This document shows positions 46,206-58,802 of a stretch of 64,000 bases of DNA, in pieces. The stretch is from Macrostomum hystrix (taxonomy: Eukaryota; Animalia; Platyhelminthes), in contig CATNEN010000039.1 of the NCBI GenBank assembly GCA_950097015.1, forward strand, positions 16,492,001-16,556,000, in the 5' to 3' direction. The position numbers were made by a program, and so were the translations under genes. How positions within the stretch are numbered: position 1 is the first letter of the stretch; the number at the start of each line of letters is the position of its first letter. A model generated the notes under the pieces. It saw only the letters and a program-made list of their open reading frames with translations. It was not told the DNA's origin and ran no database searches.

Positions 46206-48403
46206 TCAACTTTGAGCACACTGACTGCGCGAACGGCCATTTCCGTTGCCGCTAATAGCAGGCCCCGCCGCTAAAGATGGAGTAGACGAGAACTGCTGCT
46301 GCTGCTGCTGCTGCTGCTGCCTTCTAGCGCCAGCCTTTAGTGGAACCGGAACACCAGAGCTTCGCCTTTGGCCAGGCACTGGCGCTGGAAAATTGGACAT
46401 CGACGAAGTTGGCAACGCCTGTACCAACGCTGGCTGCTGTTGCTGCTGCTGCTGCTGCTGGCTAGACAGAAACAGCTGCTGGCTTGTCTGCGGCAATGGC
46501 CGGCGCAGATGATAGCCAACACTGCCGGATAGCATCAGGTCGTCCGTTGTGAGATAAGTTGGATCCAAATCGGCGGCAATGTTTCTGGCTGGCATCGGTG
46601 CAGCCTGATGATTGGTTGACGCAGCAGATGGCTGTGCGGCCGATGACGTGGTGGCCTGGTTAGGCAATCTGGTTGACATCAAAGGACTGTCCGCAAAGTA
46701 ATAGGCGGATACTGGCCGCTGCTTGCTCTGCTGCTGCTGCAGTCTTTGTTCAGGCACTTGATTATGCATCGTTGCTAGCACTTCGCGTTGTTGCTGCTGT
46801 GATATTTGCTGTTGCTTTTGCTGCTGCTGTTCTAGTCTTGGTTGTTGTTGCTGCTGCTGCTGCTGCTGTCTTTGTTGCTGCCTCTGAATTGGCGGCTCTT
46901 GCTTCTGAAGTCTTTGTTGCTGCTGTTGAATTGGTGGCTGTTGCTGCTGTAGTCTTTGTTGCTGTTGTAGTATTTGTTGCTGCTGTTGAATTGGTGGCTG
47001 TTGCTGTAGTCTTTGTTGCTGTTGTAGTATTTGTTGCTGCTGTTGAATTGGTGGCTGTTGCTGCTGTAGTCTTTGTTGCTGTTGTAGTATTTGTTGCTGC
47101 TGTTGAATCAATGACTCTTGCTGCTTTAGTCTTTGTTGCTGCTGCTGAATGGGCTGCAGTTGTTCCTGTAATCTTTGTTGCTGCTGCTGAATAAGCGGCT
47201 GTGTCTGAGTACCATTTGTTGGTCGTTGTTGCTGAAGTTTTTGTAGCGAAACCTGTTGCTGCTGACCGCCAAAAGGCTGAGACTGATTTAAGTTTGACCT
47301 GAATTAAATTAATGAAACAGAGAGCGAGGTTGTTGCCACGGATAGCGAAGGATCGAACAAGGGATTGAAAGGATTAGGGATAGGGATGAAGGATCGAACA
47401 AGGGATTGAAAGGATTAGGGATAGGAATAATTGAACCATATTAGAGGGTTAGAACCTACCTTGGCTCCGGCGGTTGAGGCGGCCGCTCATTAAGCCCATT
47501 GACCCCAGAATCAGCTGCCACAGCTGCGGCTGTCACAGCCTGCCTCAAAGACTGTCTCGTGTGAGCGTAACGCGACGGTGGCGCGTCGAATACTCCGCTG
47601 ATCGCAACGGCGCCTCCGTCGACTACAACTGCGCCGGCCAAAGAGGAGGCGAAAAGCAATCCGCCGGCGCTGTTGGCCGGATTGTCGTAGATTGGCGAGC
47701 CAGGAGCCACCACGGGCAGGCCAAGATCTTGTTCGTCATCGTGTCGAAACCGACTGGCACCGGCGCTGCCACCAGTCTGCACCCAGGCATCGACGCTGCG
47801 CGATCGCTGATGCTGTTGACGATGCCGGCGATGTCTGGCGCGTCGACGTCGATGCCGACGATGATGACGACGCAATCGATAGCGGCACTCGTCGAGTTCG
47901 GCTATGCATCTGGCAAGGCTAGCGTCGGCTTGTTCAATTTCTGACATCAGCCTGGCTAGCTGGGACTCGCTGTCATGAATGCGCCTGGCCAGAGTTGCGT
48001 CGCCGCTGCCGACGCCACTTCGACTGGCCGGAACAACGGCTGGCTCGCTGTCAGAGAATTGTCGTCGACAATAATCAGCTTGTTCGCCGAGCTGTCTTAG
48101 GCGATCCTCCAGTTGGCGTCTACGCGTCAACAGCGCAGCTTCCTGATCCTCCAACGAGTCGCTGTCGGCCGCGTCTAAATCGCCAGCGCCACTAGAGTTA
48201 AGATTTCCGTCGTCACTTTCAACATCGACAGGACGCAAAGTCGTGTTGTTATCGTCGTCGGCGCCGCCCCAGCGTCGAGCCAGATGGGCAGCCAAATCGG
48301 CGTCGCGGTCGCAGAGCTCCCGAGTGGCTTGCACCTGACGGAATCTGTCCAGCTGCTGCTGGCTCAGGGCCCGAGCCTGCTTTAGCATGCGCTGCTGCTG
48401 CAT
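46206..48403 (-). CDS. Uncharacterised coiled-coil protein with a glutamine-rich C-terminal half. Exons 48403-47460, 47298-46206
   Basis: Two long GC-rich ORFs joined in frame by a GT-AG intron (47299-47459). Heptad-like segments, a poly-R/H patch and (PIQQQQQILQQQQRLQQQ)n repeats. Confidence 0.7.
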
Positions 48404-49147
48404 AGCTTTTCACTTTTTTAATTTAATATCCTAATATCTCTGACACACTACTGCTTCGAGTAGTTGAGTAACGTAAGTTACTTTCCTTTTTCGATTTTTG
48501 GCTGAAAAAAGAGCAGGTATATTTATTAGTTTATATATAAGTAGAGATCACACCAAAAATAGCTGGGCCATATGTACAGTTGCCCAGTCTACGGGCATTA
48601 GAGAGAAGACCGCAGAGCCACTAAAGTTTCTACCTATTTTCTACCCATGACAAGAACGGTTTACTCTGTACTCAAGATTCGAACTCGTGACCTTTTAAAT
48701 TTCAATAATTAGAAATTCTAAGATTTTTTTAAAAAATACAAAAGACAAATGCACATATTTAGGACTAATTGCGTGTTTCATTTTAACGATGATGTTTATT
48801 TAAATGGGAACTAATTAATTTGAACTAGAAAAGAAATGCAATCGTATTTAATTTCAAATAAATAAGACAAACTAGTAAATTGCACACAAATAACACACGA
48901 GGGGATGCTTAAATCGCATTGTTCAAAGCTTTTTACCAGAAAATAATTTTTTGTCGATGATACAAGAAAAGTACTATAGAGTCAGCGAGGAGACACAGTG
49001 AGAAAATTCAAAGTAAAATATAACACTTAAAACTAGGGCAAAAAAGTACGCCCATTATCGCTATTTAAGTATGACATTTTCCTAAATAACACTACTAATA
49101 GTAGGCTATAATTTTCAGATTGTTTCATAAAGTTCGCAACATATTGG

Positions 49148-52100
49148 CTAGCAGGCCAACAACGGAGCGGCCCTCTCGTGCAATGCCTTGGCGTGATATT
49201 CGAAGCGCGGATCTGAGCGCAACTCTGGCGGGACAGCGGGACACTGCAGCAGCCGATGTACAGCCGGCGGCATCGCCTGCTCAATCTGGCGCTGCTGCTG
49301 CTGACTCGGCCGACCGTCTAAAAGCAACAGGTCGGAGCTGAGCAGCTCAGCTGTGCGAATAAATACACTGTCGGAGCCGCTGGCGTTCTCGCTTTGTGCC
49401 ATAGACATCATCGAGGCGTCAGTGTGCTGATGCTGCAGTCGCTGTTGTTCCAGCTCCTGACTATTGCGCCAGTCGGCTAGCAGGGCCCTGGCCCAGATAA
49501 GGGTGCGCAGGGCGTCGCGCTCGTCTGTCTCGGTTAGATAGGCCAGCAGGTCTAGTGCGCGTTTGAAATGCAGCTCAGACTGATCAATGCGATCGGCTAG
49601 GCCGCTGAATCGATCGATTAGTTCGGCGGCTGTGTACACTCTGGTGTGACGCTGCTGCTGCTGATCCGGATCCCGATGCCTGCCGCCCTTCGGATCTTCA
49701 GCGTCATCATCTGAATAAATAGGAATGTACTATAGTAAGCCATGCCCCAAAACCGGCCCGTTTTCCCTTTCAACAAATATAGTATCCTGTCTCATCTCTG
49801 CCGCATCTGATCTCTCCCGTGTCTCATCTCTGCCGCGTCTGATCTCTCCCGTGTCTCATCTCTCCCGTGTCTGATCTGTCCCGTGTCTCATCTCTCCCGT
49901 GTCTCATCTCTGCCGCGTCTGATCTCTCCCGTGTCTCATCTCTCCCGTGTCTCATCTGTCCCGTGTCTCATCTCTCCCGTGTCTTATCTGTCCCGTGTCT
50001 CATCTCTCCCGTGTCTTATCTTTAGGTTTTCTCAGTGACCCGCAAGCTAATAAGTTTGCCGACCCCAGCTCTAATCTAACCACTAGGCTACAGCCCCCTA
50101 CGGATCGGCCCAATAACATGCAGGTACACTAACCATTGTCCTCCTGATCGCTAATAGCATCCTGCGGCAGGTAGTCCTGATAATCCAACAGTTCTAAGCC
50201 GCGATTAGCCGCTCGCAGAGCCTCAGCCATGCCGCCGCTGCCTCCGCCGGCGCCGCTTGCCAAATAAGCCAGTTTGGCCATAGACAGCAGGCTACGCTTA
50301 CGGCTGGCCAGTCGCTTCTCGCCTCTTGCCAGCGCAGACAGGGTGGACCCGGCGCGACCAAATTGACCAGAAGCGACTTCTTGAAGCCAGGCCAGCGGTT
50401 GCGTGTCCGGATGTTGATGCTGCTGCTGCTGATGCTGCTGCTGCTGATGCACAGTCATGCGCAGCAGTCGGCCCCGCTTGCCAGTGCGCAAATAATAAGC
50501 AGCCAAATGAGTTGAAAAGCCGGACAATTGGGCCTGATAGCGAGACAGCATCTGCTGCTGATCCTGACTGTCTGGGGCGCTCTCGCAAATCTGAATCAGC
50601 AGGTCAAATTCACGATAGCGCTCCGCTAGGGCTACGGCCCGGTCCGGGGCGTCGCATTTCTCCCACAGGGCGAATAGCAGTTCGCGTCTAAAAATGCAAG
50701 ATTGGTCACAAACAAACACTTGCAAATTCTAGCTTATTGAACTGACATTCTCAAATCCTAGAGCTGACATTCTCAAATGCTAGAGCTGACATTCTCAAAT
50801 GCTAGAGCTGACATTCTCAAATCCTAGAGCTGATATTCTCAAATCCAATAGCTGACATTCTCAAATGCTAGAGCTGACATTCTCAAATCCTAGAGCTGAT
50901 ATTCTCAAATCCTAGAGCTGATATTCTCAAATCCTAGAGCTGACATTCTGAAATCCTAGAGCTGACATTCTTAAATCCTAGAGCTGACATTCTTAAATCC
51001 TAGAGCTGATATTCTCAAATCCTAGAGCTGATATTCTCAAATCCTAGAACTGACATTCTCAAATCTTTGAGCTGACATTCTCAAATCCTAGAACTGACAG
51101 TCTCTAATCCTAGAGCTGACATTCTCAAATCCTTAAAAGAAATTACCTGACATCCTCGAAACGGTCGCCACCACTGAGACTGGCAAGCAGCAAGTCCAGG
51201 CACTCGGCAGTATCGGACAGCAGTTCGGCTCGCACTCGGGCCTCAGAAACACTTTGGCCAAGGTGGCCAATTAGTTGACTAGCGATGCCGTGCAGCCATT
51301 GGCCAGAACGATCGTAATCTAGCCAGCGAGACTGCTGCTGCTGCTGCTGTTGTTGTTGCATTTGAAGCACTCTACCCTCGCTTCCGCCTCCCAGACGATC
51401 GGTGGAACGCCTGTAGGACAGCAGATCTCGCGCTAGGCCGGCCATTAAAGAGCCGGCATCAAGGAAGAATGCGTTCAACTCGCGCGCAGTTCGACTGGCT
51501 GACTGGCGGGCCTGCTCAAGCAGCTGGGCGAGGGCCGGAAACAGCTCAGCTGTGCGACTCACCTGGAGGGTTGAAATTTACTTATTTAATAATTCTACCA
51601 CTGTCACTCTGATATATATAATATTCCCCCTATATCTCTTCACTAATCTTCTGATCACGTTCTAATGTCAGCTTCCCAAATATCCCACTCGTATACTTTT
51701 CCTTATTCTTTCTTCCCAAATCTCTCATTCCTGAATTTCTTCCCTAATCTCTCACTCCTATCTTTCTTCCCAAATCTCTCATTCCTGAATTTCTTCCCTA
51801 ATCTCTCACTCCTATCTTTCTTCCCTAATCTCTCACTCCTATCTTTCTTCCCTAATCTCTCACTCCTATCTTTCTTCCCTAATCTCTCATTCCTATCTTT
51901 CTTCCCTAATCTCTCACTCGTATCTTTCTTCCCTAATCTCTCATTCCTATCTTTCTTCCCTAATCTCTCATTCCTATCTTTCTTCCCTAATCTCTCACTC
52001 CTATCTTTCTTCCCTAATCCACCAGCCATATTTTCCCGAACTGATCCCATCCAGCAGAATCCCCGATTGAAACCTCTCGATAGAACAGGTCGCTAGCAGT

Positions 52101-55100
52101 CAGTGCCATTGCGCCTGGCTGCACACCAACGGAAGCCGTTGCCAGCCTGTCGCCGACCACCCGGCCAATGACAGACTCGAACAGGGAGCCGGCGGAAGCG
52201 GAGCCGGCTGCGGAAGAGCGCAGCTGAGCCAGGCGAATGGCCCTGGCAGCCAAGGCCATCTCGGCGAGGTCGTGCAGATCGGCTAGGCGGAGCCCCGGCG
52301 GCGGGCAGGTCAGAAGGCCGGCTTCGTTGAGAAATTTCAAGTACTGACTTATCCATTGACGCTTATCGTCTAAAACGCGTTCGATAATCACAGAGGTTGA
52401 GCCGATGGAGCTGCAGTGCTGCCTGAAGTCGGCATTCGATGAAGCTTCGACGGTGTCGTCAGCTTCCGATGGCCAACGCGGATCGGCAGTTGGCGGCCGG
52501 TCCAACAGATAGGCGCCGAAATTTAAAAAGGCCGATGATAACTGATGCTCGACATTTGATGAATCCGAAGACGACGATGACGACGAAGCTGCGGCGGCTG
52601 CGCACATTGATGCCAGGGCGTCTAGGCACTGACGATCCTGCCTGGAGCCGCCGCTGGCGAAGTAGGCGCGAAACGCTGCGGCTAGAAGCGAGCGGCTATT
52701 GCGCGTATCCGATGACATCGAAGCCGCCTGCTGCTGGGCACCCGGCCGGCGCACCGAACCACTAGAAACTGAGGCCGCTGCTGCTGCTGCTGCTGCGGCG
52801 GCGGCGGCCACGGTATTGTGCTGGTAAATTGTTCGTAAAGATTGAAATGGACACGGACATGGACACCCGACGTCAATTACCCTACTATAGTTGCTACAAT
52901 TACCCAACGCATTCTAACGCTCAGGATTATCAGCTGAAGTATTGGAAATATTTGCATATATTTTACTCAACCTTGTTGCCCTACTTACAGTAATGCTGTT
53001 AGCATATAAGCAAGGAAAATTGATGACGAAAAACTTACCATAGAAGCATGCTGCTGCTGCTGCTGTTGCTGATGATGATGATTGACAGCCTGCAGTGCGG
53101 CAACGCCTAGCCGTCTAGTACAGAAGTAGGTACCCTCGCCGGCTAGACAGCCAACGCCGAGCAGTTTATCCCCGGTTTGAGATAGCAACAATTTGGCATG
53201 CGATTGGCCAGTGAATCCGTCAATAGCCAGCAGGGCTTCGGGTGAGCACAACAGCAGTACTGGACTAGCTAGAAGCTGGTCTGTAGCTCGCAAGCAGGGT
53301 AGGTGCTGATTAATATCGTTAAATATCTGTTCGCCGAGCAGCAACAGGTGAGTGAGGGCGCCAGTAGATGGGTCCACCTGGATGAATGAGTTTTTAGTAA
53401 AAAATCGAAATAAAACTACAATTAGCATTTTTAAGAAATCTACGACAATTGAAAGCTCACGACAAATAAAAAACCACGGCTGGCAGATTTCTTTATAAAA
53501 AATAATTATTTATAGCTAATCAGAACCATCAGACTGTAAATAGCTCACAGCCAATCAGAACCATCAGACTGTAAATAGCTCACAGCCAATCAGAACCATC
53601 AGACTGTATGTAGCTTACAGCCAATCAGAACCATCAGACTGTATATAGCTCACAGCCAATCAGAACCATCAGACTGTATGTAGCTTACAGCCAATCAGAA
53701 CCATAAGACTGTATATAGCTCACAGCCAATCAGAACCATCAGACTGTATATAGCTCACAGCCAATCAGAACCATCAGACTGTATGTAGCTCAAAGCCAAT
53801 CAGAACATCAGTATCCAATTATGCGCACGGTCAAAAGATTGTTTTAAACAGCAATCAGAGCAGCCCATACGAACTCACCTGAACGCAGACAATGGTGTTA
53901 TTGCAACTATCTCCGCCATTGTTGCCAAGGGTCGCAGAGCACGCAACCCACAGGTGGCCAGTCTCCGGTGTTAACTCCAAATCGAGTAGGTGAACATTAT
54001 TGCAGGCCAGTTGTCTACTAGAAGACAACTCATTGGCAACCAGCCTAGCAACCGGTAGGCTGCCCAGGTGGGTCTCGGTTGGAGGCGAGCCCCCGGGGCC
54101 GAAATCTAGACGCCACCTCTCGATCTGATTTGAGTAGCGAATAGGTCAAGGTGAGGCCAATAAGTATTACAAAACTTATATTCGAAATTCGAGACCTCAT
54201 TTAAACTGCCTCAAATCCTTAGTTCGATACCTCACTTAAAATTATACATCACCCTTGGCTTAATACCTCAAACTAATCACCTAAATTGCCTGACATTCAT
54301 GGGTCGATACCTAATATAAAGTATCCGAAATCCTTAGGTCGATACCTCACTAAAAGTATCTGAATACTTTTCGATACCTTACTTAAGTATCATAAATCCT
54401 TGGTTCGATAACTCATCTAACCTGACTGACATCCTTGGTTCGATACCTCATCTAAAATCCTTGATTCGATACCTTATCTAAAATCCTTGGTTCGATACCT
54501 CACCTGAATTATCCAAAATTGTTTGTTCGATACCTCACTTAAAATTATACATCACCCTTGGCTTAATACCTCAAACTAATCACCTAAATTGCCTGACATT
54601 CATGGGTCGATACCTAATATAAAGTATCCGAAATCCTTAGGTCGATACCTCACTAAAAGTATCTGAATACTTTTCGATACCTTACTTAAGTATCATAAAT
54701 CCTTGGTTCGATAACTCATCTAACCTGACTGACATCCTTGGTTCGATACCTCATCTAAAATCCTTGATTCGATACCTTATCTAAAATCCTTGGTTCGATA
54801 CCTCACCTGAATTATCCAAAATTGTTTGTTCGATACATCACTTAAAATATCTAAAAAAATGGTTCGATACCACACCTAACTTACATCCCTGGTTCGATAC
54901 CTCATTTTAACAATTCAGTCGCTAAAAAAACAACTAGGGGACTGACCTGCCCGCCGGTGCCAATGAGGTATACGAAGCATCGAGCCTCAACGCCACCGCC
55001 AACGCCGCCACCAGAACCGGCGATCTGACGCTCCGGCGAAGTTTCGATGCTGATCCGGAAGGCGCCAACACCTGGCGCCGATGCGGCCGGATCTCCGCAG

Positions 55101-57294
55101 CCGCCTCCGCTAGTCGAAGATTGCCCGCCGCCAGGAGCGCCTTGAACCCCGGCGCCGCCATATACAAAAGCTGACACGCGCCGACTAATGCCAGCCAGAT
55201 AGGAGCGACTTTTAACCAACGGCCGGCAGGAGATGCTATCTGGCCGGCAGGAGACAAGATGCAGAGCGCCGCCGGTTGCCGTGCTCAATAAGCAGTGCCT
55301 GCCGAATATGTGACGCAACTGTGAGCATTGCTCACCACGCAGCTGTTGCATCTGAGCCTCGCAATAGCTGGCTGGCTGGCCAATTGATGGCCAATAGTAG
55401 AGCAGGCCGCCAGGACTGGCTGATAGGCAGCCGGCGATAGCGGCAGCATCTGCCGTTGCCTCGCCGGAACTTGAACCCGATGGCGCCTACACAATTAGAC
55501 GGATGGATTGATTAGATCAGGGGGGCTCGGCAAACTCCGGTCCGAGGGCCAGATGAGGTCCTGGAAACTCCAAAAATCCGGCCAGTTGCCTCTTCCAACA
55601 CCTATAGTATCCTGTCTTATCTCTCACTTATCTGGAGATGTGTCTAAGCTCACCCCTGTCTCATCACTTCTCTGTCTAATCCCTACCCTGTCTCGTCTAT
55701 CCCGTGTCTCAACTCTTCCCTGCTTATCCCTCCCCTGCCATCTCTTCCCTGTCTTATCTCTCCCCTGCCATCTCTTCCCTGTCTTATCTCTCCCCTGCCA
55801 TTTCTTCCCTGTATTATCTCTCTCGCCTGCCATTTCTTCCCTGTATTATCTCTCTCGCCTGCCATCTCTTCCCTGTATTATCTCTCTCGCCTGCCATCTC
55901 TTCCCTGTATTATCTCTCTCGCCTGCCATCTCTTCCCTGTATTATCTCTCTCGCCTGCCATCTTTTCCCTGTATTATCTCTCTCGCCTGCCATCTCTTCC
56001 CTGTCTCATCTCTTCCCTGTCTTATCTCTTCCCTGTCTTATCTCTTCCCTGTCTCATCTCTTCCCTGTCTCATCTCTTCCCTGTCTCATCTCTTCCCTGT
56101 CTCATCTCTTCCCTGTCTTATCTCTTCCCTGTCTCATCTCTTCCCTGTCTCATCTCTTCCCTGTCTCATCTCTTCCCTGTCTCATCTCTTCCCTGTCTTA
56201 TCTCTTCCCTGTCTTATCTCTTCCCTGTCTCATCTCTTCCCTGTCTCATCTCTTCCCTGTCTCATCTCTTCCCTGTCTTATCTCTACCCTGTCTCATCTC
56301 TCCCCTGTCTCATCTCTTCCCTGTCTCATCTCTTCCCTGTCTCATCTCTTTCCTGTCTCATCTCTCCCCTGTCTCATCTCTTCCCTGTCTCATCTCTTCC
56401 CTGTCTTATCTCTTCCCTGTCTCATCTCTTCCCTTTCTTATCTCTTCCCTGTCTTATCTCTCCCCTGTCTCATCTCTCCCCTGTCTCATCTCTTCCCTGT
56501 CTCATCTCTTCCCTGTCTTATCTCTCCGTTATTATCTCACCCCTTTCTCATATTCCTACAGCAAATGCGGCCCACTATCGTCTTTTAGATTCTTTCCGTG
56601 GCCCGCACGCTAACAAGTTTGCCGACCCTTGAGTTACGAGGTCAGATGGATAATAATAATCGTTTGGCTAACTACAATGACCTATTATTTAATATATTTT
56701 ATATGAAAAACAAATATACCCATTTTGAAACATAGATAATCTATTTGATCTATCTGGTGCCTACTAGTCTACCCAATCAATCATCAACAATCTACTAGCC
56801 TTATCTAATTTTTTTATCTATCATTAAGTATTTAAGTGCTATTCTATCCAACTTATCAAGTATCTAAAGTCCATCCTCCTTATATGCCAAATGAACTAAG
56901 TAATTAAATTTATATTTAATAAGCAACCTTAGCCATTCCTCAGTGATTTTAAACTCACAGAAAACAGCAGATCAACCAGTTCTGCCCTGTGTGCCAAATC
57001 AGACACACACAGCGGCAATTCCCGACAAATCAAAGGCAGTGGCCTGCCAGTTGTACCGCTGGCCAATTGACGACCGCGCCAGACGTACAAACTGCGGCCC
57101 AGAATCATGCTAGCCCAGCCGCGCCTGTGCAGCCGTACACTGCAAGGCTTGCCACGATTCTCACTGCATCTCAATGCCTCGGCTACTAAAACTGGGAAGC
57201 CGCCGCCACTACCACCAGGCATAGAAGTAATTGGCACAGCCTGCAGATGGCCAGAATCTTCTTCAAGCATCTGGCTTAGATTTGCAGACTGCAT
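49148..57294 (-). CDS. NUP133: Nucleoporin Nup133. Exons 57294-56959, 55486-54947, 54124-53879, 53377-53039, 52820-52074, 51562-51147, 50687-50134, 49710-49148 (true start may lie upstream)
   Basis: FPVLVAEAL..GWA..ICRELPL, LYYWPSI, LAGISRRVS, DRPPTADPRW, IIERVLDDK, DLFYRE|VS, LAERYREFDLLIQICE, KRSLLSMAKLA and FKRALDLLAY are colinear with metazoan Nup133 motifs. Junctions are GT-AG. Confidence 0.92.
49750..50069 (+). mobile_element. Truncated copy of the hAT-Charlie-like MITE with a 16-bp internal minisatellite
   Basis: Shares TATAGTATCCTGTCT.ATCTCT and the 3' end AAGTTTGCCGACCC with 55518-56631. Confidence 0.7.
50740..51133. repeat. 22-bp minisatellite (GAGCTGACATTCTCAAATCCTA)n, Nup133 intron
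   Basis: About 18 copies. Confidence 0.95.
51705..52020. repeat. 27-bp minisatellite (TCTCTCACTCCTATCTTTCTTCCCTAA)n, Nup133 intron
   Basis: About 11 copies. Confidence 0.95.
53513..53808. repeat. 35-bp minisatellite containing AGCCAATCAG, Nup133 intron
   Basis: About 8 copies. Confidence 0.93.
54180..54905. repeat. 303-bp exact tandem duplication built of degenerate ~25-40-bp TTCGATACCTCA subunits, Nup133 intron
   Basis: 54222-54524 is repeated at 54525-54827. Confidence 0.9.
55518..56631 (+). mobile_element. Non-autonomous hAT-Charlie-like DNA transposon (MITE) with an expanded internal pyrimidine-rich minisatellite (16-bp unit in its 3' part)
   Basis: Left end CAGGGGGGCTCGGCAAACTCCGGTCCGAGGGCCAGAT and right end GTGGCCCGC...AAGTTTGCCGACCCTTG are imperfect inverted repeats resembling Charlie/MER58-type termini (CAGGGGTCGGCAAAC). 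No clear TSD. Confidence 0.72.
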
Positions 57295-58103
57295 TGCAAT
57301 GAGAATTGTTGCTAGAAAATCTGATTAGGTTCTGAAAAGGTATTAATAATTATTTTATTTAGATGCTTAGAACAGATTTAATTAAAATAGAAATCTAAAC
57401 TTCCCAGGCAAGTTATATAAGCAACTATCTTTCTATTAATTTTTTCCTGTAAGAGAAAAGAACTTAATTGCCACTAATTTGATTGTTTTTTGCTTCTAGT
57501 TCAAAAATAAGCTAAGAAAATGTAACTAAATTTAGTAAAAATGATAAATCTTTATTCAGATAGGCCTACTCTCCTGAACCAAAATGGTGCTATTGATCAT
57601 TCAAGCTCAAGGCTAGTGACTATGCCAGCCTTACTACTAAAAATGGGTATCCACAAAAAACATAAATTAATATAAAATATGATATTTAAGACTTAATAAA
57701 TACACTACCAACAAGCAACAACCAAATTAAATACACTACCAGATTAACTAAAAAATATGATACCTAAAAATCATCATATACTACATCCTCAAAAACTAAT
57801 TCTAAGAAAACACTACAAACTTTGGTGGCATTAATATTAAAATTACTTAGAAATTATATTAAAGTAGTAAATACCCCTATAACAACTTTGGTGTCATCAT
57901 TGGGATAAAACATCTTAAGTGATAGCCTAATTAAAGAGAGACACACTAGGGCATAGGACAACTTGGGTGACTTTGTCAAGTATAAAGTTTGAATATTAAA
58001 TCAGCACTACAACAATGAAAATTTTTGAAAAGTAGGCCTAAAACATGCTACTTTTAATGTTTTTGGCTTATTGCAGTTTTTTGTTGTAATAATAAATGGC
58101 AAA

Positions 58104-58802
58104 GCTTATTCCCACTGTCCCGTGCTGATAATTTCAATTTTATCCACATGGATCTGTGTTGATAATTTCAATTTTATCCACATGGATCCATGCCGATAAT
58201 TTTCTGCTTAGGCCTATCCACACGGCAGCTTGTATGAATAGGTCTACAACTCTTTATATATGCTGTGCCATTCATTTCAATTTTATCTACACGGTTCTGT
58301 TCTTTGAAATGAGGCCCTTTCAGGTTTGAACGTTTTGTTGAACCATCAAGCCAATAGATCGACAAAGTTGCCAGTGTGTTACAAAAGTGTTCTACATTTC
58401 AACTTACACATTCATTAACTGACATTAATGTCATCCTTTTTAATTATTGTAATAACAACTCACTAAATCTTTTGTCATCGTTACGTGTTTTCATTTGAAT
58501 TGTATTGACTTAAAAAGTAAAAAGTCTATCAAAGAAAATCATACGAGTCAAACAGCAGAATTCTAGTCAGCACCAAACTCGTCACACATATTATACATCA
58601 TTGTTATTATTTTACACTATTAATTGATAGTGTACACTATACACTATACTCTGAAGCAAAAGCCTTATGCTCAGAGAAGAATAGGTAGGGACTTGAAAGT
58701 AGACCTATTCATACAAGCTGCCATGTGGATAAGCAGAAAATTATCGGCATGGATCCGTGTGGATAAAATTGAAATTATTGGCACAGGACCATGGGAATAA
58801 GC
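58104..58802. mobile_element. MITE/foldback-like element with ~100-bp terminal inverted repeats
   Basis: 58104-58247 (GCTTATTCCC...GGCAGCTTGTATGAATAGGTCTAC) is the imperfect reverse complement of 58699-58802. AT-rich non-coding interior. Confidence 0.8.
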
